From the NCBI GenBank assembly GCA_010093605.1, contig MU004187.1, positions 310,001-374,000 of the forward strand: a DNA stretch of 64,000 bases, written 5' to 3'. The DNA comes from Lophium mytilinum (Eukaryota). The notes beneath the pieces were generated by a model. It saw only the letters and a program-made list of their open reading frames with translations. It ran no database searches and was not told the origin of the DNA. Of this stretch, positions 35,984-45,591 are shown piece by piece. Position 1 is the stretch's first letter. Each line of letters opens with the position of its first letter. The position numbers and the translations under genes are program-made.

Positions 35984-36982
35984 ATGGGCGCCGACACCCT
36001 CGCAGCTCCACGGAGCGCTACCTCTTCCGCCACACCACCTCCCGCCTCCCCCGCCTCAACCGCGTCCGTAATCGCAACAGCATCCTCGTCATCTTCAATC
36101 GTCCCACCTTCTCCAAGACCAGAGACAGAGCAGACAGAGCAAACAGAACAACCAGAGTCAAAACCGAAGAAAGCACCAAAACCAAACTCCCAGGAGCGCG
36201 CCGAAGCCCTCGCGAAACTCGAAGCCAAGATCAAGGCCCTTCGCGCCGCCCGCAAAGCCGACGGCCCCGATGGCCGCCCCGCCAAGAACCGACAGGAGTT
36301 GATCGAGGCACGGCGGAAAAAGCAGGAGGAGATGCAAGAGAAGAAGAAAGCTGCGAAGAAGGTCGCGAGGGAAGAAGAGAAACGGTTAGAAGCCGAAGCT
36401 GAGCTGGAGCGCATGCGGGGATCTGGCTCGCCGTCGGGACTTCTGACACCTGATCTCTTTGCTTCTCGGCCGCTGGAGAACAATTTCAATTTCTCATTTG
36501 GGCGCGTCGCGTTCGATGATGGACAGCAAGTTGATTCGAAATTGTCGGGCCTGGTGGCGTCGAAGAAGCGGAAGGGGCCGAGTGATCCGAGGACCGCGCT
36601 AGAGGCGGCGAAGAAGAAGCGGGTGAGGATGAATGGGCTGGATGAGGAGAAGAAGGCGGAGATCGTGGAGAAGGATGCGTGGTTGAATGCCAAGAAGAAG
36701 GCGCATGGAGAGAAGGTGAGGGATGATGAGTCGTTGCTGCTAAAGACGCTCAAGCGCAAGAAGAAGACGAAGCTAAAGAGTGAGAAGGAGTGGAACGAAA
36801 GATTGGAGGGCGTGCAGCATGGCAAGGAAATGAGGCAGAAGAAGCGCGAGGCTAACCTGCAGAAGCGGAGAGACGGCAAGAAAGACAAGAAGAACAAGGT
36901 GAAGGGCTCCAAGGTCAAGAAGCCAGCGAAAAAGGTCAAGAGGCCAGGCTTTGAGGGGAGCTTCAGATCGAAGGCGAAGTGA
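35984..36982 (+). CDS. RRP14: SURF6/Rrp14-like nucleolar protein
   Basis: KIKALRAARKADG...NRQELIE, GEKVRDDESLL.KTLKRK.K.K.KS.KEW.ER, KKREANL, RPGFEG; start codon uncertain. Confidence 0.88.
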   Translation: MGADTLAAPRSATSSATPPPASPASTASVIATASSSSSIVPPSPRPETEQTEQTEQPESKPKKAPKPNSQERAEALAKLEAKIKALRAARKADGPDGRPAKNRQELIEARRKKQEEMQEKKKAAKKVAREEEKRLEAEAELERMRGSGSPSGLLTPDLFASRPLENNFNFSFGRVAFDDGQQVDSKLSGLVASKKRKGPSDPRTALEAAKKKRVRMNGLDEEKKAEIVEKDAWLNAKKKAHGEKVRDDESLLLKTLKRKKKTKLKSEKEWNERLEGVQHGKEMRQKKREANLQKRRDGKKDKKNKVKGSKVKKPAKKVKRPGFEGSFRSKAK

Positions 36983-37579
36983 TCGACGATGTAGCTGGAG
37001 GCCTGATTTGGGACGCCTACGATTTCGAGGGTATCGCTCAAGATCTGGTCGATATTTCGAGTGAACGTTCACTCGGTGAGCTTTCAAGTCGAGCCATTAC
37101 CGATGCCCTATTCTCTTCATCTTGTTTCGGGTCGTACGTCTTAGCGATTGGCGTTGTTGGCATTGGTCATTTGGCATTTTCAAGGCTGCAAAAGGAAAAG
37201 GCGCCCAATCATTTCACAGGAGCCCCTTCCTTCATTCAGCGTTCTTGCTTTGGAAAAGCTCATAGCATGTGTATTGGTCACGAGTCGATGAATGAACCAA
37301 TAGTTACAAATACTCAGGTCTTTGCATGCCTTTTTTGAAGTATCGATAACCCACCCGCCGGAGCGTCTCCAGCATCTACCCTCTAGCACACAGATGTAGC
37401 GTGCACCTCCAAGCCGGACTCTTTGTGTGTTGCACAAGTCTCAGCACTGAAGGCAGCCCGAAGCGGCTCAGCTCGCTCACGCCGAAGCCGCGCTCATCCC
37501 ATCATTCATAATGTAAGCCAGGTAGCAGTCGCACACGCAAGCCATACGCCCGCCCAAAGAAAGCTCTCCAACCACCGCT

Positions 37580-38228
37580 TCAAATATCGTCAACATCAAT
37601 CTCCTTGCCGTCGCCCGAGTCGCTATCGTCACGGTCCTCGTCAAACTCGAAGCCGATGCCCTCGTCGCCCTGGTCGCCGTACGTGTCCGTCTCGTTAATC
37701 TTCGCGTTCTCGGGTAGCTCGCCATACGCCTTGAGCGACCGCGCCTCGTCGGCCGTGTACTTGAGGATGACGTCGCCCTTCTCGTCCTGGTAGTCGCGCA
37801 GCGACAGCAGGATGATGTCGCCCTGGTTGATCCACACCTTCTTGCGCAGCTTCCCGCGGATGTGGGCGAGGCGGCGGGCGCCGTCGAAGCATTGGGCTTC
37901 GAGGCGACCGTTGCCCAGCATCTTTATCACTTGGGCGTATTCTAGAGTGTAGCGTCAGAATATCATCTTCGGGGTTTGTGGCGTGTCGAACATTATATCG
38001 TAGATGAGGGGTATGAGGGGTATATGCGGACGGTATGAGAGTCTGGAGGCGTACCTTGGCCATCTTCCTTGAAGGTGAGCTCGCGCTTCTCGTTATCGTT
38101 CTCGTTCTTGCCCCTTCTCCTGTTCTTGCCTCCCTACAGAGCGTGTGTTAGCCGGAGTTCGTTGGTAGAGCGGGGTGGTGGGGCTGGCGAGATAGCGGGG
38201 GACGTACTTTTCCCTTGTTCTTTGGCAT
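37580..38228 (-). CDS. TIF11: Translation initiation factor eIF1A (2 coding-region introns)
   Basis: [47 protein letters not shown]...[12 protein letters not shown]. Confidence 0.97.
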
Positions 38229-38641
38229 AGCGGCTCTCGGTGTGGAGTGCTCCTAGGTGTTGCAGGGCGACGTCTTCGTCTTTGGGGGGTATTTGTGTGC
38301 GGGAGGAGTGGTGTAGTGAGGTGGCGGTGGTGAGTCGGAGACGGCGCCTGTAGGTATTTGTTGGCTGGTGGATTTGGTGGGCTGTGTGGGGCGAAGACCG
38401 CACGGGCCGCTTTTCGTCTTTCACTTTCCAAAGTATTGTTCGCTGCATCGAGCCCAGCCTCTCGCATCCGCCTACATGCCATAACCGCCAACACCACCAG
38501 ACATTTCGAGTAGCTGGGCGCGTCTTCGATCTAACAAGTTACAGTCTTTTCAAATCTGCTCCTCCTCAAACCCTGTGACCTGCTGGCGGGGCATTGGAAC
38601 TTTTTTGGCGTCGACTCATCGAGCTTGTAGCTCTCAACACC

Positions 38642-39992
38642 ATGGCTCGTAAGATACAATTCCTACTCCCTCTATGCAAGAAATGCTCAGAAAGACTAAC
38701 TCAACGTCTCTCCCAGCTGCAGCTACCGATTTCGAAGAGGTCGACCCCGTCATCGCGGAGTACGACGTCTTCCTGACCCCCGACCTCGAGGAAGAAACCT
38801 ACCTTCTGCAGTACCTGAACCGGGGCAAAGAGCAGCCATACAACGAGCGCAATGACATGTGTCCCCTCGAATTGCGCGTGAAGCAGGAATCCGGCTTCAT
38901 CGAAGTCGATGTCCCGGTCAACGTCCATATGAACTTCAACAGACTGAACGGCGTCAGATGGGGCGAGTCTCTGCGAAAAGCAAAAGAAGAAGGACAGACT
39001 GCTTTCGGGGTCACCGCTGGATTTGAGCGTCCGCAGGTTAGGACTGGTCTTGCGAGAGGTGGGGCTGCTGCGAGGGGAGGACGGGCTGCCACTGCGGAAC
39101 CCCTCAAAGAGAATAAGGACGAAGAGGACGCGGAGCTCAGGGAGTTGCTTTACAGATTCGAAGATGCCAATGACAAGGGGCATGTTTTGAACAAGCAGAC
39201 GCTGGGAGGTCAGATTCTCAAACAGGAAGAAGGCGAGCCAAAGTACATGCTCGGCGCGTTTCGAGGAAGTATGAGATTGCCGACTCTTTCGAGCGGAGTG
39301 CGAGTTGGCTAACCATGTGGCAGAGGAGCTCCATCTCACAAAGCTCAGCGGAATTGTCCAAATGAGGCCCCAGTTCCATCACCTGGACGCCTTGATGCTG
39401 CAAGAGCAGGCCGCACGTCGCGCCGAAAGCGACGCTGCAAATCCCAACAAGCAGAGCGGTCCTAGAGCTGTTACGATACAGTTGAAGAACTCAGACCTGG
39501 ATAACAAGGATATGGCATCTACCAAGCAGCTTCTGAAGGCTGCTGCTGAAGAGAAATGGACGAAGCTCCGGTATCATGATGAAGACGTAAGATGCCGATA
39601 ACTATTGGAATGATCGGGCCAGATTCTGACTTTCACAGTCTGCAGACGCGTATTCAGCATACCGGGAGAAGCTCTTCATACAAGACATCAAAGCCGCACC
39701 GAAGCTTCACTCTGTCATGAACAACGAAGAATACCTCGAGATCATCAGCGCACCAAGAATTGACCATACCGACAAAAATAACAAAAAGAAGCCTCTTACT
39801 CGGAAGCAAATGAACGCTTTCGAGTTATCCGACACCGAGGACGAAGAAGAGGACCCGGACGAGGAAATGGCCGAGGAGACGCAGGCTCCTGACGATGCAC
39901 CTGTTGATACCATGGACATTGACGCCACAGACGTCGACACCACAGATATCAGCAACGAGATTGGTGACTTGCTCACCGAGTCGAAGCCATAA
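38642..39992 (+). CDS. RPC37: RNA polymerase III subunit Rpc5/Rpc37 (Sin-like), 3 introns, 7-nt first coding exon
   Basis: DPVIAEYDVFL...YLLQY, ELRVK..SG.IEVDVP, QTLGG, YMLGAFRG|EELHLT.LSGIVQMRPQFHHLD. Confidence 0.88.
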
Positions 39993-40287
39993 AGTGTCCT
40001 TTCAGAGTGGCACATATACCTGGAGGTTCAGTTTTGTTCATTTTTCTTAGTCTCACTTGCATCTGCATCTGCACAGCGGCGGCGTTGGATCTTTGAAAAG
40101 TTGGCGGCATCGAATCATTTTTCAACGATACCCAGTTTCATAGCTTTGTCAGCACAATTAAAAGCAGAGGAATACATCAAAGACTGTCTCTCTCAATACC
40201 TTATTAAAGAACGAACGAAACCTCTGATCACGACGAACTATCATCTAACCTCTCCGTTTATCACACGTACGCTTCCTTGATAATGCT

Positions 40288-40905
40288 TCAACTCTCATCC
40301 CCTTCAGGACCTTGATTCAAATAAATGCTCCGCCCCCCTTCACTATCTTCACACTTGCAGGCACCCTCGCTCGACCAGCACCTCATATGCCTGCATCTGC
40401 TGCCACGGAATAAGGTCATCCTCCATCTTACGCACCAGAAATTTAGGCGTACGGTTTCTCCCCGCTCAAACTGTACTGTTGACTTGATCGGCACTATATT
40501 CGCCAACCCAGGCTGTGCAAACACAGGAAAGTACGCATCCTTCTCTCTATCTCCAGCTTCTCAGAGGCGAACCATGGGCACCAGGTAAATAAAATCTTGA
40601 AGGACCCTAATATGAGCCAGTCTCGGCGCAAGTGTGTGCGCTAGGAAGATCAAGACGCCAGCTTGCCCGTCTTGGGCACATAGACTGTGTGCCTTCACGA
40701 ATCCGATGGCTTCGCGTAGATAGGTGAAGCCCAACTTGTGCGCCTCTTCGCTTGTATAAAATAGCCTCTTAGCTTCCATCCTAAGCACTCCTTGTGCTTG
40801 CGTAGGATGCGCGAGTACAAGTAGCGTTGCTCATGATTGGCCAAGAAGTCGAACCGAGAATGGGTTAGATCGGCTCAGGGGCACAGCACTTCCTTGAATC
40901 CACAT
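40288..40905 (-). pseudogene. Possible relic reading frame interrupted by two in-frame TGA codons
   Basis: Track ORFs 40561-40788 and 40288-40524 share a frame and are separated by one TGA; the frame stays open upstream apart from one more TGA; no family recognised. Confidence 0.3.
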
Positions 40906-41210
40906 CAGCTTGTCTACAACCTCACTCTTTGGACTTGACCAATACTATACCGAAAGAATAAGAAGTTTGAATTACCGGCAGCTTGGAATCAATGTCAGGC
41001 ATTGCAGAGCATCGATTGTATCCGCTTTCAAATCCCAATCACGCCGGGAATCTTTCTAGGAGTTTCAACAAGTACCATCGTCTTCGACATTTCGTTCTTA
41101 TCCATCGAGACGGCTTCAACGGCTGCAGATTCCCATTCATTCTCTCCAAGTCATCTCTCCTACACTAAAACTACTTTTGTTCCTTTTGTTATCTAAATCT
41201 TCGCTAAAAT

Positions 41211-42840
41211 ATGCCTTCCTCAAGTACTTCCTTCGACTACATCATCTGCGGCGGCGGCACAGTAGGCTGTGTCCTCGCCGATCGCCTCTCCCATGCCGGA
41301 AACAGCGTGGCCATGATCGAACAGGGGCCAGAAGACTACTCTGACATCCTGATGAGCCCCGTCGCCGCTCCTCGGCTCCATGGTACGCCGTACGAATACA
41401 ACTTCATGACCACACCACAGCAAAATGTCGGCAACAGAGCACTCCCAAACTATGGAGGAAAGCTGCTGTCAGGATCCAGCGGGGTCAATTACGGCCTTTG
41501 GACTCGAGGCCACACTGTAGACTACGACACGTGGGCTGAGTCTGTCGGCGATGACCGCTGGAGCTACAAGCGCTTGCTAAGGTACTTCAAGAAGACGGAG
41601 CGTCACTACAATCCCGACGGTGATCGGGAACAGCATGGTTTTGATGGGCCAATCTCAACTACTGCTGGACACAGAAATTATCCGCTGCGAGAGACTGTCT
41701 TCAACGCGTTTACTAAATCTGGAGTCACATTCAACCCAGATGCAAACGGCGGCAATCCAATAGGTCTTGGAGCTTTCACAGAGAACTGGACCACGGGGGA
41801 AGGGGCCCATAGACAACCAGCGAGCAAAGCGTACGACTTGTCTAAGCAAGTATCTTTACCAATAGCACAGTCGCTCGCGTCCTCATCGACAAGACTACAA
41901 AAACTGCTGATGGTGTTGTCCTCGTCGACGGCCGCATGTTCACAGCTTCTAAAGAAGTCATAGTCAGCTCTGGCGCCTTGAAGACACCGCAACTCCTGAT
42001 GCTCTCGGGCATTGGTTCATCAGAGCATCTGTCAGAGCACGGCATCGATGCCATCGCCGACCTTCCTGTCGGTTTAAGCCTACACGACCACATCTCTGCG
42101 AGTTTGTTCTGGAAGCTCCGCCACCCAGAACGAGGTCTCGCCCTCGGCTCTCCCCTCTTCAACAAGCCCGAGTACGGCCGCGGCAACCCTTTCGAATGGG
42201 TCGTCACATCGACCATTGCTCCAGAAGATCTTAAAACGTCATCACTAAAGACAAATTATCTCCCGATGACCCCTACATCCGCGAACCCAGAGGCCACGTC
42301 GAAACCATGCTCGCATACGCCCCAATCGCGGGCGGCGGCTCAGACTTCAAGCTCCCATTCGACGGCACTCACATCTCCACCCCCGTCGTCCTCCTTCTAG
42401 CCACCAGCCGGGGCACCGTCACACTGGCCGACACAGACCCGAATGCCGACCCAATCATCGACCCCCATTACCTCGAAACAGAGGCAGATAAGCAGGCCAT
42501 GCGTACCGGCATGCGTGTCGCGATGCGCGCCATGGAGACCGAAGACGGCCAGTCTATGGTGTTGGGCGAGACGCCGCCGCCAGGCTACAAAGCCCTTACT
42601 AGCTCCTGCAGCGATGCGGAGCTTGATGTGAGGCTCGCTATTATAGGGAGCAGTTTCTTCCAGAATGCGGGAACGGCGGCGATGGCCACGGTGGTAGATA
42701 CTAAGTGCAGGGTGAAGGGTGTGAATAAGCTCCGGGTTTGCAATGCAAGTGTCCTGCCGTTGCCTATTGCTGCGCATTATCAGGCCCCGATGTATGCATT
42801 TGGGAAGGCGATGGCAGATGTGATCCTTGGGAAGGCGTAG
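41211..42840 (+). pseudogene. GMC oxidoreductase with two single-base frameshifts (~41846 and ~42249)
   Basis: DYIICGGGTVGCVLADRL, GKLLSGSSGVNY, EVIVSSGALKTPQLLMLSGIG, SRGTVTL...P.IDPHYL, VVD..CRV.GV..LRV.NAS; restoring one base at each break gives one continuous GMC sequence; no intron fits either break. Confidence 0.85.
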
Positions 42841-43105
42841 GGGGATGATGGGATTACTCGATGGCTTTGATGAGCTACGAGTGCTGTCTCAGTCAGTAAC
42901 AAGAAACGAACTTTTTGAACCAAACAAATGCATTGTTTTACCTTGAGAGGTATTATATCAGCTGCAAATATCTGTTGCATCGACACTGCTACACCCTATT
43001 TCTTCTCTAATAAATAAGAAGCCCGACTCTACTGCAGTATGCCCAGATCGAACCACGTACATACTCAGCAATACCCACTTTGTACTCTCAAAAAAAGCCT
43101 CCACA

Positions 43106-43378
43106 ATGTGCATCCACTACGAGTCCCACGCCTGCTACCGCGGTTGGGTCACACTCCCCGGCCCCATCCCTTTCTGTCATGTGGCTGTCCAGAACACCCT
43201 CAAAGATTGGGGACGAGCGGGTCACCCCGTATACTGTAGTGTTGACTCCGTCGACGCTCGAACCTTTTGCCCCGACTGCAGAGCCGTTGGCATTGAAGCT
43301 GCTGAAGATGAACGGAGAGCGGGGGGAGAGAGGCGAAAAAAATGGTTCGAGGATCTGTTTAGGCGGGCAAAGAAATAG
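43106..43378 (+). CDS. Small Met-Cys six-cysteine protein A (90 aa)
   Basis: MC-x7-C-x13-C-x19-C-x10-CPDC, charged tail; CACAATG start context. Confidence 0.65.
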   Translation: MCIHYESHACYRGWVTLPGPIPFCHVAVQNTLKDWGRAGHPVYCSVDSVDARTFCPDCRAVGIEAAEDERRAGGERRKKWFEDLFRRAKK

Positions 43379-43717
43379 TGGAGATTGGGAGCGAGGAGGA
43401 TATGAGAACTGATGCGTTAAATGAGATAGAGGAGGATTGGAAGTGGCTTTGATGTCCTGTGCATAGGATAATATTTCGTTACTGGTGGAATTTTGGCCTG
43501 TTTGGCGGTAAATGAAAGAAACTTTGTGCAGACTAAAACATACCAAGCATCCCCTTTGACAGTGGAGTCTTTGTACCTTTTATTGATCTATAAGACTATG
43601 ATATGACTTCACCTCATCCCTGTCCGCACACGAACAAGCGCTCTAAGCACTCGGTTCACTTACAATCTGTATCCCATTCTCCAACGCACGACCAGCCAGC
43701 TTCTTTAATCCGCAAGC

Positions 43718-43951
43718 ATGTGCATCAAACGCATCGAACTCCACCATTGCGCCCCGACGGGTCTTAGAAGTTTCGATCCGAGCCCCTATTGCGCACGAGC
43801 TCTCGAAACTGCTAACGTCTTGAGAAGAGAGCCGTCGCCGTGCGAGAACACGATCTGGAATGCCCAGAATACATGCCCGAATTGCAAGGACACGTTTGAA
43901 GCGAAGGTTGGGAGGTTCTCGCACTATTCAACGAAAGGATATAAGGAGTAG
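43718..43951 (+). CDS. Small Met-Cys six-cysteine protein B (77 aa)
   Basis: MC-x8-C-x13-C-x16-C-x10-CPNC; TATAAG at 43589. Confidence 0.65.
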   Translation: MCIKRIELHHCAPTGLRSFDPSPYCARALETANVLRREPSPCENTIWNAQNTCPNCKDTFEAKVGRFSHYSTKGYKE

Positions 43952-44385
43952 AGTTTTCTATGGAGAGCTCTTGAGAAGTAGGCGAGAATGGCGGTGACAT
44001 TGTAGAGGTCACTCCGATTTAGTGTTGTTGGTATACTGTTGAGAATAGTGAAAAATGTGCTAAACGACGTATGCCAGGGGTTCAGTATCGTATACATACT
44101 TATAATACACTACCAAGGCCAACTTAAGGCCCCCGGCAATAGGGATCACGTGTCCTTATCTGACTAAAAACCTTGGACACGAAATAGCGGTGAGTCAATT
44201 GGCAAATCTCCAACTCACAAATAACACAGCACCCGTGACACGATGGTGTTCTGCAAACTATATATCGAGATCTGCAAACACCAAACTTCCCTGCAGAACC
44301 ATCAGCACTATTTTACGTCCCCAAAGACCTCAGAATATACACACCCATACTGAAATCAGCGCCAGCTCTCAGAAAACCCTCCAGA

Positions 44386-44895
44386 ATGTGCTACCTCAAC
44401 ATCACCATCCACAACGGCTGCGGCCACCGCGCCCCCTCAGTCTCAGACCCTTACACCCTTTGCAACGAAGCGCTCGTCCGTCTCGCAGAAGCGACCGGCA
44501 ACATCGCGGACAGCATGCCCCCTCCGCCTCCACCCAGGCCCAAACGGACATCCACCAGCATATCTGGCCGCTTCACCTCTCTCAAAGCCCTGGGCCGCAC
44601 GTCGAGTACTAGCAGCACCATCAGCAAACGAAGCGTCTCCGACTCCGTGACCAGCCCGATCAGCTCGTCCTTTGCGTGGAAAGCGTCGCCGTCGTCGGCG
44701 ATAGCGGCGCGGTGTGAAACGCCCGAGGTGCGAGAGCGTGTGAATTCGGGAATGGATGTGTGTGAGGAGTGTCGGCGGTGGGTGGAGGAGATGCGGTTTC
44801 TTGTGAAGCGGTATGATCAGAGTGGGAGTGTGAAGGGGTGTAAAGCTTTTGATGAATTCTTGAGGGATAGGGAGAATGGGCATCGTTATTATTGA
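44386..44895 (+). CDS. Met-Cys cysteine-scaffold protein C with S/T/P-rich insertion (169 aa)
   Basis: MC-x9-CGH...C...(~83 aa)...C-x15-CEEC; TATATA at 44259; C-rich 5' to G-rich 3' composition like neighbouring real genes. Confidence 0.75.
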   Translation: MCYLNITIHNGCGHRAPSVSDPYTLCNEALVRLAEATGNIADSMPPPPPPRPKRTSTSISGRFTSLKALGRTSSTSSTISKRSVSDSVTSPISSSFAWKASPSSAIAARCETPEVRERVNSGMDVCEECRRWVEEMRFLVKRYDQSGSVKGCKAFDEFLRDRENGHRYY

Positions 44896-45334
44896 TCACT
44901 GGAGTAGAGGAAAGATAGGGATTTGTGGGGCCTGTGTAACATATATGAGGAGGGAGATAGGGGTTAGTAGTGCGAGTAGTATGATATCATACCTACCAAG
45001 CAGTTGAGAGGTGAAAATAGATACCATAGAGACCGAGTAATAGAAGGAGATTATACTCTCAGTCGCCACGAGCAAGCGCGTCGCGTGTACTTCAGGCAGC
45101 AGCTAATGAGAGAATTCCCTTGCGTGGAAAGAGATGTGAGAGTCGCGAGTACCTACTAAAGCTCTCCTAGATCCTTCGCTCATCAACAAGTGAAATACAT
45201 CTGCCTGTATAGTATCAAAGAGTGATATCTATCAAGTCTCCGTCGGACCTATAAACGCTCCGGACGCTTCCGGGGATCCCGAAAAACGAACACCCTCACG
45301 GAACCCTCCACCTACCACTTTCGGCTCGCCATAC

Positions 45335-45568
45335 ATGTGCACGGAATGGCATCACCGGTTTCGCAGATGCGGTCATACGAGATTCTTTCGATGGGAGTAC
45401 TGTAAAATGGTCAAGAAGCACGAGAGGAGCCCGGAAAAGGGAACCGCTTGCCCAAAATACTCGGCGAAGTATAGAGACAATCAAGAAGGCTACAACTGTT
45501 TCGTGTGTCTTCAGGAACGGGCACAGCGGGTGACTCGGCATGCTAGGCATGACTCTGGGACTAGTTGA
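45335..45568 (+). CDS. Small Met-Cys six-cysteine protein D (77 aa)
   Basis: MC-x9-CGH-x8-C-x15-C-x15-CFVC; TATAAA at 45250. Confidence 0.7.
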   Translation: MCTEWHHRFRRCGHTRFFRWEYCKMVKKHERSPEKGTACPKYSAKYRDNQEGYNCFVCLQERAQRVTRHARHDSGTS

Positions 45569-45591
45569 TAGTTTGGTGGGTATGCGCTTTC

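Noticed and set aside
35797..37041. 414-aa antisense ORF over RRP14 (and similar ones over NOP15, RPS6, RIX7, RPC37, VMA12)
   Set aside because: Shadow ORFs caused by biased codon usage of the real gene; F/S/L-rich mirror translations
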